A program made the position numbers and the translations under genes. The notes below the pieces were generated by a model, which did not search any database, was not told where the DNA came from, and saw only the letters and a list, made by a program, of their open reading frames with translations. A stretch of 64,000 nt of DNA from a virus: positions 1 to 64,000 of IMG/VR virus record IMGVR_UViG_3300037193_001894; one strand, given 5' to 3'. The stretch's first letter is position 1, and each line of letters begins with the position of its first letter. Below are positions 53,940-63,997 of this stretch, in pieces.

Positions 53940-56900
53940 CAGACCAGCACCTCCTGGTCACCGGGCCGGAACGGGCCTCCCGGCAGGTCGGGGATCACGG
54001 GGTTGACCGGGGCGTTCCCGGCCCCGCGCCCAGGCTGGTAGCCCGACGCCAGCGGCAGCCCGAACAGGGCGTGGTTCTTGTCGGCCTCGCCGCGTGGCAT
54101 GTACGCCGGGGCGGCGATGTTGACCATCGTGTCGAACCGGCCACCCTCGCCGAACGAGAACGAGTGGGTCACCGTGGTGATGTAGGCCTGGAAGTCGAAG
54201 GCCGGGGCCTGGAGCAGCAGGCCGGGCCAGGCCTCCGGCATCCAGGTCATCGGGATGTCGGAGTTGTACTGGTAGGCCCACTGCCGCATGAACATGTAGA
54301 CGGCCGAGAAGAACTCCGCCTTCGGACCCACCAGCCCGTCCATCATCTGGAAGTCCGGCCGGGCTCCGAACCGCTTGTAGACCCACTGGGCGAACCCCGG
54401 GGCGTCCTTGGGCTTGATCCCGAACAGCCCGGCCATCATGTCGGGGCTGTCGATGTTGGCCACGCCCAGCGTGGTGGTCGGGAGCAGGGCCTCCTGGACG
54501 AAGTTGGTGTAGACCCCGCCGTTGGACAGGTCCAGGCCCGCCGTCTCACCGGTCTGGGTGAACTGGTGGGTGACGAAGTGGTCGTCGGACCAGATGACGT
54601 TGAAGTCCTGGATCTCGATCGGCTCGACCCGCAGTTTCCCGGCCGTGCCCCACAGCCCGTAGTAGTCGGGGAACCAGCCGATCAGGTCGCCGTTCGGGGC
54701 CGAGCAGAACGAGCGCATCGTCGAGGAGAACAGGTTCTTGATGTAGGGCAGCAAGGGCTGGTCGTTGAGCATCGTGCGGACCCCGGTGAGCGCGTTGGCG
54801 AGCACGCTCTGCGAGGAGGTCGCGTCGAAGATCGGGTACCACGGGGCGTCCCCGAACAGGGCGTCGATCGGGTCGTTCGGGTTGTACCCCGGCAGTTCGC
54901 TGGCGGGAGGCGGGTCCGTCCAGCCGTCGGTGATGCCCCCGGTCGTCCCGGCCCCTCCGGTCGTCCCGTCGCTGGCCGTGGAGGACCACATCCCGTCGGT
55001 GATGAACTTCGCCGGATCCACGTCGTTGCCGTAGCGGTAGGGGGCCGAGCGGACCTCCAGGTGCAGGTGGTCGCCGAACGACCGGCCGGTGTCGCCGACC
55101 TCGCCCAACTTGGTGCCGGTGGTGACCTTCTGCCCCTCGGAGACGCTGACCTGGCTCAGGTGCCCGTAGATCACCTGGAAGTCGCCGACCTGCTGGGTCA
55201 CCGAGAGGCCATAGTCCCCGTTGCTCCCGGCCTGGACGATCCGGCCGTTGTCGATCGCCTCCACCCGGTCCCCGGTCACCGCGAACCCGAAGTCGATGCC
55301 GGTGTGGTAGCCCGCCGCCCAGGAGCCCTTCGCCCGGTACGGGGTGGTGATCGAGTTGGCCTCCACCGGCCAGTGCCGGGTCCCGCCCACCTGCACCGAG
55401 GACGAGTCCCCAGTGGTGATCGGGCCTCCGCCTGAACCGGCGTACGCCAGCGCCGGGATCAGCCCGCCGAAGTCCCAGTAGGACTGGGAGTTGCTCGTCA
55501 CCCCTGCCGGGACACCGGAGCGGTGCGCCCCGACGGTCTTCTTGCCGTCGCCGAGACTCATCTCGACGTGGTAGGTGCCCGAGGGCTGGCCGTTGCGCGA
55601 GACGAACAGCAGCGCCCCGGGAGTGCGCAGCGCCTCGGACACGGAGATCCGCCTGCACCAGCCCGCCTGTGCCGCCGAGGTGCGCGGCGTCCCCGCGAGG
55701 TGCCCCAGGGTGTCCAGCACCACCCTCTGCACGAACGAGGAGCAGTCCAGTCCGGGCGGAGGGTTCTGGGTCAGGATGTCCAGCCGGGTCCCGCCGTACT
55801 GCTGGGTGTAGCGGATGTTGGGGTAGCGCTCGACGAGGCTGAGCGCCACCCCGAGGGCGTTGAGCCCGGTGCGCACCGAGGAGTTGCCCGAGCGGGGCGG
55901 ACGGCCGGTCGGCCCACCTCGGTCGTCGGCCTCCTGCCTCTTGGTCTTCAACATCTTCCGGACCAGGGCGTAGGCCATGTCCTCGTACTGGGCGTACCGG
56001 TCGGGGTAGGCCGAGACCTGCACGTCCTGGGCCAGAGCGCCGAGGCTCATCTTCTGCCAGCCGGAGTGATCGAACAGCCCGGGAGTGCCGCCAGCGGTGC
56101 CGCCGTGCAGGAACTTCTTCGTCGAGGAGGCAGGGTTCATCCGCTCGGCGATCGTCCCCCAGGAGGCCCGCTGCTGGAACAGGCCCACCGAGTCGTGGTC
56201 GCCAGCGGCCGACCCGTCGTTGGGGAAGTTCTTCGACTCGGGGTACTTGTCCGAGGCGAGGTTGCGCAGCCCGGTCTCCACCATCGACACCGCGAGCGCG
56301 GTGGCCAGCACCTTGGCCTCGTAGCCCCTCGCGGCCTTGTTCGCCGCGATCAGGTCGTAGGCGGTGCTGACGATCAACTCGGCGTTCTTGCGCTGCACCC
56401 GGTCCAGGGTGTGACCGGCGAAGGTGGTCTGCGACCCCAGGGTGCCCAGGAAGCCTCCGGGCACGTCGGGGTAGTTGGCGAGGTCGGCCTCGCTGCCACC
56501 GACGCCCGCCGAGTCAGCGACGCCGCCGAAGGTCGCCCCAGTCCCGAGGGAGGCCTTGTACTCGGCGGCGAGCCGGTCCGACTCCTCGGTCCACACGTCG
56601 GCCTGCTGAGCCATCTTGACGACGATCTCGTACCAGTCCTGAGGGATCTTCCCGATGTGCACCTTCGAGCGCGGCCAGCCGACGACCTTCTCCAGGACGG
56701 TCTGGATGACGTTGAGGATCGAGCCGTCCACGTCCTTGCGGGCCTGGGTCAGCGCGGTCATCACCATGGTCTGGCTCTGTGCCGTGAAGGAGTCCCAGTA
56801 CCAGTACTGGAGCCGCTTGAGCGAGCACGAGGCGGAGATCGGCACCTCGCGAGGCCAGGCGGTCTTGAGCGGCACCGAGTTGAGCAGGCCGGTGAAGGTG

Positions 56901-57124
56901 CGCACCCAGGCGACCCGGCGCATGAACACCACGATCCGGTCGTTGGGCATGAACACCCCGTCGTACTTGCGCCGGGCGTTCATCAGCGTGAAGTCGAAGG
57001 TGCTCACCCCGTCCGAGCGGCGCACCATCGTGCCCCCGGTCAGGTCGCCGGACACGTCGATGACGCCGTGCTTCTCGCTCTCGATGTAGCACCGGATCCC
57101 GGGGCTGTAGATCAACGTGGGCAT
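53939..57124 (-). CDS. Baseplate hub / tail lysin with lysozyme-like, NlpC/P60 and M23 peptidase domains
   Basis: VETGLRNL...DSVGLFQQR; GLDCSSFV...HVEM; HTGIDF...YGHL...HLHLEVR, nested between N- and C-terminal hub-like regions. Confidence 0.88.
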   Translation of the reverse strand: MPTLIYSPGIRCYIESEKHGVIDVSGDLTGGTMVRRSDGVSTFDFTLMNARRKYDGVFMPNDRIVVFMRRVAWVRTFTGLLNSVPLKTAWPREVPISASCSLKRLQYWYWDSFTAQSQTMVMTALTQARKDVDGSILNVIQTVLEKVVGWPRSKVHIGKIPQDWYEIVVKMAQQADVWTEESDRLAAEYKASLGTGATFGGVADSAGVGGSEADLANYPDVPGGFLGTLGSQTTFAGHTLDRVQRKNAELIVSTAYDLIAANKAARGYEAKVLATALAVSMVETGLRNLASDKYPESKNFPNDGSAAGDHDSVGLFQQRASWGTIAERMNPASSTKKFLHGGTAGGTPGLFDHSGWQKMSLGALAQDVQVSAYPDRYAQYEDMAYALVRKMLKTKRQEADDRGGPTGRPPRSGNSSVRTGLNALGVALSLVERYPNIRYTQQYGGTRLDILTQNPPPGLDCSSFVQRVVLDTLGHLAGTPRTSAAQAGWCRRISVSEALRTPGALLFVSRNGQPSGTYHVEMSLGDGKKTVGAHRSGVPAGVTSNSQSYWDFGGLIPALAYAGSGGGPITTGDSSSVQVGGTRHWPVEANSITTPYRAKGSWAAGYHTGIDFGFAVTGDRVEAIDNGRIVQAGSNGDYGLSVTQQVGDFQVIYGHLSQVSVSEGQKVTTGTKLGEVGDTGRSFGDHLHLEVRSAPYRYGNDVDPAKFITDGMWSSTASDGTTGGAGTTGGITDGWTDPPPASELPGYNPNDPIDALFGDAPWYPIFDATSSQSVLANALTGVRTMLNDQPLLPYIKNLFSSTMRSFCSAPNGDLIGWFPDYYGLWGTAGKLRVEPIEIQDFNVIWSDDHFVTHQFTQTGETAGLDLSNGGVYTNFVQEALLPTTTLGVANIDSPDMMAGLFGIKPKDAPGFAQWVYKRFGARPDFQMMDGLVGPKAEFFSAVYMFMRQWAYQYNSDIPMTWMPEAWPGLLLQAPAFDFQAYITTVTHSFSFGEGGRFDTMVNIAAPAYMPRGEADKNHALFGLPLASGYQPGRGAGNAPVNPVIPDLPGGPFRPGDQEVLV

Positions 57125-57750
57125 CAGACTCCGGGCTCCCCGATCTCGTTGCCGACCCGGACGCCCTGCGAGGCGACGGCTGCCGGGGCCGACCCGTTCA
57201 GCGCGGCCTGGATCGCCGGGGCCTGGTTGCCGTTCAACTGCACGCCGGTCGGATAGAAGTACTGGGTCTCCTCCGAGCGCACAGCGGCGAGGTCACCCTG
57301 GACGATCGAGATGTCGAAGTCCTCGTTCCAGTCGATGTGCTCCCGGGAGCACTCGAAGGTGATGGCGGGCGAGTAGACCATCTCCCCGAGCACCTTGCCG
57401 AACTCGGCCCCGCTCGTCGGCACCCCGGCCCTGCGGAAGTTGCGGGAGGGCACCTCCACCAGCATCTGCGGCGTGGTCTTCTGCTTGAGGTCGAGGTCGA
57501 GGGCGTGCTCGGAGAAGCCCATCAGGTAGCGGCTGAGCGAGCGCCGCTCGGCCTGGCCGATCAGGTCCACCACCACGGCGAACTGGGTCGGGGCGGTGCG
57601 GTGCGGGTAGAACGCCCGGGAGGCCCGGGCCTGGGACTCCTCGGCCACCATCTCGAACCCGAAGGTCACCTGCTTGGCCCGCACCCGGTACACCCGGCGC
57701 TGGCCGTCCTTGGTGTAGGACAGCGTGCAGTTGAGCCCGCTCCTGGCCAC
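57124..57750 (-). CDS. Tail/baseplate protein
   Basis: 208 aa, coupled within the tail operon. Confidence 0.7.
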   Translation of the reverse strand: MARSGLNCTLSYTKDGQRRVYRVRAKQVTFGFEMVAEESQARASRAFYPHRTAPTQFAVVVDLIGQAERRSLSRYLMGFSEHALDLDLKQKTTPQMLVEVPSRNFRRAGVPTSGAEFGKVLGEMVYSPAITFECSREHIDWNEDFDISIVQGDLAAVRSEETQYFYPTGVQLNGNQAPAIQAALNGSAPAAVASQGVRVGNEIGEPGV

Positions 57751-57996
57751 CTAGAACACCTCCTCCTGGGCGAAGGGCCGGTCGAGGTCTGCATCCTCGA
57801 ACACGCTCTCCTCGACACCCTGCTCGGGGGCGAAGTCGGGCACGCTGAGCCGGGCGTAGGTCGCCTCGTCGATGTCGTGGGCCATCCCGCCCTCGGTGAA
57901 GGCGAAGCCGGACATCACCACGCCGACGCGGTTCGTCGGCGGCAGCGGCATGGAGACCCGCACGTCGGATCCCCACTGAGCATCGTCGCGCTCCAT
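57751..57996 (-). CDS. Small acidic hypothetical protein
   Basis: From MERDDAQ; TGATG coupling. Confidence 0.65.
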   Translation of the reverse strand: MERDDAQWGSDVRVSMPLPPTNRVGVVMSGFAFTEGGMAHDIDEATYARLSVPDFAPEQGVEESVFEDADLDRPFAQEEVF

Positions 57997-58679
57997 CAGA
58001 CCCCCGCCTCCGCTCCGCGCAGTGCCGCCGCGCCCTTGGGCGACGACCCGTCCACGGAGTCCTTGACGCTGCCGTAGTAGTCGCCGAAGTTGCCGTTGTA
58101 CTCCGAGGGCTTCCAGCCCACGCCCTGGGAGATGCGGCTGATGTAGCCGTTGATCGCCTTGGCCCTGGCCTTGTCGAGCATCCCGTTGGAGGACCCGGCC
58201 CGGACCAGGGCGTCGGAGGCCTCCTGCACCACCTGGAGGGTCAGCACGTAGCCGTGGGAGAACTTGCCGGTGCTCAGCGAGATCACGCCGCCGTCGGGGT
58301 CGGCGATGTCCTTGATGTAGACCCGGAACCGCCAGTTCTCCGGAGGGTAGGCGAACACCGCTGGCCGGTGCATCTTGGCGTGCTGCTGGGCGTCGCGGGC
58401 CTGCCACTCCATCATCTGCCGGATCCGCAGCGTGAACCTCTTGGCCAGCCGCCAGGAGCGCCCCTCGTGCTCAGCGGTGCCGTCGGCCCTGCTGCGGTCC
58501 TCGCCGAACAGGCCCTGGATGGTGATGTCGGAGAGCGTGGCCCCGTTGACCTGCACCACGCGCCCGCCGACGGTGTTGGTCACCGAGGTGTTGACCTTGA
58601 AGTTCCAGTCAATGGACTGCGGGTCGATCCGGAACCGGATCCCCATCCCGTCGGGGAAGCCCAGCGTCGCGAAGCCCAT
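57996..58679 (-). CDS. Tail protein (tube-initiator-like)
   Basis: FRIDPQSI...TVGGRVVQ...ITIQG; follows the tape measure gene. Confidence 0.65.
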   Translation of the reverse strand: MGFATLGFPDGMGIRFRIDPQSIDWNFKVNTSVTNTVGGRVVQVNGATLSDITIQGLFGEDRSRADGTAEHEGRSWRLAKRFTLRIRQMMEWQARDAQQHAKMHRPAVFAYPPENWRFRVYIKDIADPDGGVISLSTGKFSHGYVLTLQVVQEASDALVRAGSSNGMLDKARAKAINGYISRISQGVGWKPSEYNGNFGDYYGSVKDSVDGSSPKGAAALRGAEAGV

Positions 58680-60898
58680 CAGCCACCACCCATCGCCCCG
58701 GAGCCCCGGTGGGTGGGCTTGCGCGGCTCGCCGTCGGCGTCCTCGGCGTAGCCGGAGACGCGGAGCAGCCTGCTGGCCTCGGGGGACAGGTCGATCTGGA
58801 CCCGGGTCCCCTTCCAGCCCTTGCTGTTGCCGCCCGGCTTGTCGCCGGGGTGCTCCTTGAAGTACTCCTCCGCGCTCTGCCCGACGGACGCACCCTTGCC
58901 CTTCTGCTTGGCCTCCTTCGCGGCCTTCTTCCGGGCGGTGCCGTCCACCTCCCCTCCGGTGAACGCGCCGATGTCCTCGCCGCCGTACTCCCCGCCGACG
59001 AACTTGGCCTGGCCGCTCTGCAACTGCCCGGAGTAGTACTTGATGGCCTCCTCCAGCGAGACCACCTTCGAGCCCTTGGGGCCACGGACCTGGACCTTCT
59101 GGTCCTTCTGGGAGTCCTCGCTGAGGCCCTGGAGCATCGCCTCCATCGCGCCCGAGCGGCTCTTGGTCTTCTCGGCCTGGCCGATGTACGCCTCGGTGGC
59201 ACCGGCCGCAGACGACCCGAACAGGCCGTTGCCGTGCTCGCGGAGTTCACCCTGCCAGTCCTTGGCGTTGATCAGGCCCTGCTTGCCCTTCTTGGCCGCG
59301 ACGCCCTTCGAGCCCCGGGCGGTGGACTTGCCGCTGAGGTCGGTCTTGCCGACGTTGGCCTGCTTCTGGGCGGAGACGGCACCAGCGGTCTGGCCGTTCA
59401 ACTCCCGGATCAGGTGCATGGTCGCGTCCTGGTGGGACCGGAACTGCATCCCGTAGAACTGCGAGGCCATCTGCTGGAAGGCCACCGGGTCGAGGTCTCC
59501 GGCCCGGTTCCAGAACTCGGTGGCGATCGCCTCGGACTCGGCCGACGGGTCGGCCTGGAGCGCCTCGGAGCGGCTCTTGATCTCGTTGTTGAGCCAGCGC
59601 CACAGGCCGGGGTCGTAGCCCTCGATGTAGGACTGCAAGGTCTGCGCGCCCATCTGGGATGCCGCGTTGTTCACCCGGGTGGGGTTGGTGCGCTCCATCG
59701 TGTTGAGTTGGTTCAGCGAGACGCCCATGCTGCCCGCGAGCATGTAGCGGTAGGAGTTGTTGCTCATCTGGCCCGACGGGTCGAGGTGCTGGAAGCCCCG
59801 ACCACCCATGGTCATCGCCTGGGCGCGGTTCTCGGCCACGGTGGTCGAGGACGCCCCGAAGCCCGACTGGATCGCGGTGTTCACCAGTTCGGTCAACTGC
59901 GCCCGAGCCTGCTGGGCGTTCACCCCGGCGTCGCCAGCGGACAGGGAGAGGTCGTCGAGCGCGTCCTTGAGTTGCATCAGGTCGGTGTTGGCGCTGCGCG
60001 AGGCGACCGAGAGCACCTGGAGCGACTCGGGCACCGAGGCCCCGAACGCCTCCTTGGACTGGTACATGAAGTCCATGGCGTCCTCGCGGTTCTGCGCCAT
60101 GTCGTCGGAGCCGTTGTTGTAGCCCAGCGCGGTCGCGCCCTTGAACGCCTGCCGGGCCTCCTGCTCGTTGAACAGCCGCCCGTACTCGACGCGCTGCCAC
60201 TCCTCGCCCATCCGCTCGCCGATGGCCTCGATGTGGCCACCCGAGCCGCCGACGCTGCGGTAGAAGTTGTTCTTGTTGATCTGCGACTGGTACTCGCTGA
60301 TCAGGTTGGCCCCGAGTTGCAAGGCCGGGACCGCGCTGACCGCGCCGCCCCAGATCTTGTTGCTCAGCCCCGGCCCGTAGCCGCCCTGGGGCACGTACGG
60401 GGTCCTGGGGGTGCCACCGGGCTGCGGAGCACCTGCCGGAGCGCCAGCGCCCCCGCCAGAGCCTCCAGAGCCGCCTCCGGCCGATCCTCCGGTGGGTCCC
60501 GACGGGGCTCCCGAGCCCCCGCCCTGGCCCGGGATGATCTGCTGCGCGGGAGAGGAGCCGGTCTGCACCGGCTGTCCGGCTCGGGCCTGGGGGTCGAGGC
60601 CACTGCTCGCGTCCCAGCCCCGGAGGCCGAGCACCTGCCGACCGGCGCTCCTGACGCTGGAGGTCATCCCCGCGAGGTTGTCCCAGGACTGCTGGGGGCC
60701 GACCGAGGCCTTGAGGCTGCCCAGCGCGGCCGAGCGCGACCGGACGGACTGCGGGGCGGTGTCGCCGAGCAGCGACTGCATCGCCGCAGTCTGCTGGCGC
60801 TGCGACTCCACGATCTGATCCACGGAGTTCTGGAACGCCTGCACCACAGGGCCGAGGGCGTCCACCCCGCTCTCGGGCCGATCGAGTCCGACAGCCAT
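58679..60898 (-). CDS. Tape measure protein
   Basis: A/G/Q/S-rich helical ~740 aa directly after the tail assembly chaperones. Confidence 0.75.
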   Translation of the reverse strand: MAVGLDRPESGVDALGPVVQAFQNSVDQIVESQRQQTAAMQSLLGDTAPQSVRSRSAALGSLKASVGPQQSWDNLAGMTSSVRSAGRQVLGLRGWDASSGLDPQARAGQPVQTGSSPAQQIIPGQGGGSGAPSGPTGGSAGGGSGGSGGGAGAPAGAPQPGGTPRTPYVPQGGYGPGLSNKIWGGAVSAVPALQLGANLISEYQSQINKNNFYRSVGGSGGHIEAIGERMGEEWQRVEYGRLFNEQEARQAFKGATALGYNNGSDDMAQNREDAMDFMYQSKEAFGASVPESLQVLSVASRSANTDLMQLKDALDDLSLSAGDAGVNAQQARAQLTELVNTAIQSGFGASSTTVAENRAQAMTMGGRGFQHLDPSGQMSNNSYRYMLAGSMGVSLNQLNTMERTNPTRVNNAASQMGAQTLQSYIEGYDPGLWRWLNNEIKSRSEALQADPSAESEAIATEFWNRAGDLDPVAFQQMASQFYGMQFRSHQDATMHLIRELNGQTAGAVSAQKQANVGKTDLSGKSTARGSKGVAAKKGKQGLINAKDWQGELREHGNGLFGSSAAGATEAYIGQAEKTKSRSGAMEAMLQGLSEDSQKDQKVQVRGPKGSKVVSLEEAIKYYSGQLQSGQAKFVGGEYGGEDIGAFTGGEVDGTARKKAAKEAKQKGKGASVGQSAEEYFKEHPGDKPGGNSKGWKGTRVQIDLSPEASRLLRVSGYAEDADGEPRKPTHRGSGAMGGG

Positions 60899-61949
60899 CA
60901 GACCCACTCCCCTGGCACGGGGCGCTCGCCGTCAGCGCCGGAGACGCTGATCTCGTCCTGGCCCATCATCTGCGCGAGCAGGGCCAACTCGTCATCGGCG
61001 ATGTCGGAGGGGGACTGCCAGCGCACGCCGGAGTAGTCGTACTCCACACCGTCCTGGGCCAGGGAGTCCTCGGCTTCGAGGTCGGCAGCCTCGCCGGGGA
61101 AGTACTCGGGGAAGACCTCGGCCGGGCTGGCACCTGCTGCGATCTGGGCCAGCCGGAAGTCGCTGACGAAGCGCTCGCCCTTGTCGAGGGTGTCCTGACG
61201 CTGGAGGAGTTCCAGCCCGATCTCCTGCACCACCGACAGCCTCCTTCCTCGCATCAGCCCCCTCCGCTCGACGAGACGGAGTTGGTGCTCTAGCCAGTCG
61301 TCGATTCGGCTGGGGCTGACGCTTTTCCCATGGCCTCCACGACACTGGTGGTCTTCATCTCCAGTTCGAGGTACTTGAGGTAGACGGCCTCGATGGTGAA
61401 CTGGAACCAGCGGGCCTTGACGTAGTTGAAGCGCTGGTACGCCCAGGCGAAGTCGTTGGAGTCCGCAGCCACCGGGACCGGCAGGTCCGAGCCGTCCACC
61501 TTCTGCGTGGCCAGGGCGACCATCGCGGTGCGGTAGGCGAGCCCGGCTCCCATCGTCTGGTCGTACTCCTTGGTCAGCAGGGTGACCGCGAGCAGTTCAT
61601 CGACGGTGAGGGTCCGGATCACGAACTTGTGGCCGAGCCACTCGAACTCCCGAGACAGCGACCCGATGAAGGCCAGGCCGTGGAAGTCGTCGCGGTAGCG
61701 CGGGTCGAACTCCGGAAGCCGGTTGCCCTCCTCGTCCAGCAGCGGCCCAACCTCCTCCTCCGGCACGGGGTCGAAGATGCTGGGTCGGGCCTGTGCGAGG
61801 TCGAAGGGGGCGAAGCCCTCCTCGTCGGTCTGCGGCTCAGGCGACTCCTTGGCCTGCGGGTCGGAGGGGAAGTCCAGGCCGAGGTCGAGGGTCTCCTCGT
61901 GGAACTCGTCCTGCAACTCCTGCGACCCGTCGCCCGGGGGCAACGGCAT
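60898..61949 (-). CDS. Tail assembly chaperone, long form via -1 programmed frameshift
   Basis: GGGAAAA at 61323-61329; the -1 frame is open (KSVSPSRIDDWLEHQLRLVERRGL) into ORF 60898..61254. Confidence 0.82.
61290..61949 (-). CDS. Tail assembly chaperone, short form
   Basis: From MPLPPGD with AGGAG SD; FVIRTLTVDELL; ends ...MGK. Confidence 0.82.
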   Translation of the reverse strand: MPLPPGDGSQELQDEFHEETLDLGLDFPSDPQAKESPEPQTDEEGFAPFDLAQARPSIFDPVPEEEVGPLLDEEGNRLPEFDPRYRDDFHGLAFIGSLSREFEWLGHKFVIRTLTVDELLAVTLLTKEYDQTMGAGLAYRTAMVALATQKVDGSDLPVPVAADSNDFAWAYQRFNYVKARWFQFTIEAVYLKYLELEMKTTSVVEAMGKASAPAESTTG

Positions 61950-61969
61950 GTTGGCTCTCCTTCTCGGGA

Positions 61970-62482
61970 TCAGCGGCGGCGGTTGAGCGGGGAGGTGTGG
62001 GTGTAGGCCACGGTGATCCCCTTGGTGACCGCGAGCGCCCCGACGGTAACGGTGTCCCCGTCGTTGATGTCCACGATCACGCAGTTGTGGTAGACCTTGC
62101 CCCGCCAGCGGCCTGGCTGCCGCTCGGTGCCCGGGGGCTTGATGATCTGCTGGCAGGTGACGTACTGCGGGTCGGCCGCGAGACGCCGGAAGATCTCGAC
62201 GATGTTGTAGGTGCCCGCCAGCCCGGCCAACTGCTCCCAGACGGCGGTGTTCCACAACTCGCGGACGGTCAGCATCAGCGTGCCGCCCTGGAGCACGCGG
62301 CTGGTCGCGATCTCGACCGGGTGCTCGTAGCCGATGGGGTGGATGAACTGGTACGGCTGACCCAGGTCGGAGAACGCCCGCTGCCCGGAGTCCTCGATGC
62401 CCTCGCAGAACGCGATGGGCTTCCCTCGGTACTGGAACGTGGTGTAGCCGGAACCGACTACACGGACCTTGGTGTTGGGCAT
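61970..62482 (-). CDS. Tail tube protein
   Basis: 170 aa directly after the sheath; beta-rich tube-like pattern. Confidence 0.8.
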   Translation of the reverse strand: MPNTKVRVVGSGYTTFQYRGKPIAFCEGIEDSGQRAFSDLGQPYQFIHPIGYEHPVEIATSRVLQGGTLMLTVRELWNTAVWEQLAGLAGTYNIVEIFRRLAADPQYVTCQQIIKPPGTERQPGRWRGKVYHNCVIVDINDGDTVTVGALAVTKGITVAYTHTSPLNRRR

Positions 62483-62503
62483 CTCTCGGCCGATCCTTCC
62501 GGG

Positions 62504-63997
62504 TTAGGCTGCTGCGTCCTGCTCCTCGATGAGGATCTCGCTCGTGCTGAGGTCCATCGAGAAGGAGACGGTGATGTAGTTGAGGGGCAGGAACGGGCGG
62601 TAGGTGAACTGGGCCTCGATCGCCGTCGGGTCCCCGCTGGGCAGGGACTGCTGGCGGACCTGGAGGTCGAGCCACTCGCGCAGCACCAGGTCGGTCTCGG
62701 CCGCGTCGAGGATCCCGGTCAGGATGCCCTTGACCCGGATGGTCATCTCGTCGTCGATCGGGTCACCGATCAGGTCGGCCGCGATGATGCCCTCGGAGAC
62801 CAACTGGTAGAGCGTGTCCTGCGAGCGGGTGACGCTGATCTCGCGGGTGAGCAGGCTCGTCGGGTCGGTGGAGATCCCGTGCCGGACGACCAGCCGGTTG
62901 GACCGGCCTACCTCGGTGACCGCCACCCCGGCCGCAGACAGGGTGTTCTTGAAGGTCCGCGTCATCTCGCTCTTGACCGTGGTCGGGATGCCGCTGAACC
63001 CGTAGATCTGCTGCTGGGTCAGGCCCCGGTTGAGGTCCGAGGCCGCGAGCCGCCCGGCGTACGCCGCCGCCAGGTACTGGCCACCGACCTCGGTGGTCTG
63101 GCCGAGGTTGTTGTTGTAGAGGTGCATCCGGTTCGGGAACGCCAGCATCACCCGCTTGGAGCCCACCGCAGCGGCCACCTCGTCGAAGGACGTGCCCGAG
63201 TCGTCGTAGAGCGTGTCCGCCCCCACGAAGGCGATCCGGCCGAAGCCGGAGGCTGCCTGGGTCTCGCAGTGGGTGCGGGCGTCGGAGACCAGCCCGGCGA
63301 AGCCCGAGGTGTAGGCCGTCCCGTCGGTGTCGGGGGCCGCGAAGACCGGCACCAGCAGCGTCGTGGAGTAGGACTCCTGCAACTTGGTGTAGGCCTGCTG
63401 GAACCGGGTGCGCAGGTTGATCTCGGTCGTGGTCGGCTCCACGGCCAGGCAGACCACGGTGCCCGCGCCGTTCTCGAACGCGATCCTGGCAGCCAGGGAC
63501 ACCGGGCTGGCGACCTGGGATCCGTCCGGGTCGCTGGGCAGCGAGGAGAGCATCGCCGGGCCGTAGATCTGCTCGACCGAGTAGTACTCGTCGAAGCGCT
63601 GCGGGGAGTAGTAGGTCTCGTCGGCGTAGGAGTAGGAGACGGTGACGACCTCCCCCTCGGTGACGGCCGTCGATGCCCCGACTCGGGCGATCGTGGTGGA
63701 CTCGCTGGCGGTGGCTCCGCGCACCAGCGCGTAGTCGGTGTTCTCCACCAGGACCGTGCCGTCGGCCTTGGTCACCACGAGGTCCGGGCTGGTGTCGCTG
63801 TCGGGCAGCACGCCCTTGTTCAGCAGCGGCTTGGCCGTCGTCGTCAGCGTGACCGACTCGGTGGAGACCTGGTACCCCCGAGCCTGGCCAACAACGGTGA
63901 CGGTCGTGGTCGGCACGCCGACGGGGGTGACGATGCCCTCGGCGTTCCCCCGGACATAGACCCCGGGCGGGTTGTACTGAGTGAAGTCAACAGTCAC
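62504..63997 (-). CDS. Tail sheath protein
   Basis: YNPPGVYV start, AAAYAG, VVRHGIST, PFLPLNYITVSF end. Confidence 0.9.
   Translation of the reverse strand: MTVDFTQYNPPGVYVRGNAEGIVTPVGVPTTTVTVVGQARGYQVSTESVTLTTTAKPLLNKGVLPDSDTSPDLVVTKADGTVLVENTDYALVRGATASESTTIARVGASTAVTEGEVVTVSYSYADETYYSPQRFDEYYSVEQIYGPAMLSSLPSDPDGSQVASPVSLAARIAFENGAGTVVCLAVEPTTTEINLRTRFQQAYTKLQESYSTTLLVPVFAAPDTDGTAYTSGFAGLVSDARTHCETQAASGFGRIAFVGADTLYDDSGTSFDEVAAAVGSKRVMLAFPNRMHLYNNNLGQTTEVGGQYLAAAYAGRLAASDLNRGLTQQQIYGFSGIPTTVKSEMTRTFKNTLSAAGVAVTEVGRSNRLVVRHGISTDPTSLLTREISVTRSQDTLYQLVSEGIIAADLIGDPIDDEMTIRVKGILTGILDAAETDLVLREWLDLQVRQQSLPSGDPTAIEAQFTYRPFLPLNYITVSFSMDLSTSEILIEEQDAAA

Noticed and set aside
630-61036. Many very long plus-strand ORFs (e.g. 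630..3800, 14811..18653, 46105..49959)
   Set aside because: Antisense shadows caused by high GC3; no recognisable motifs, and they lie opposite clear minus-strand genes.
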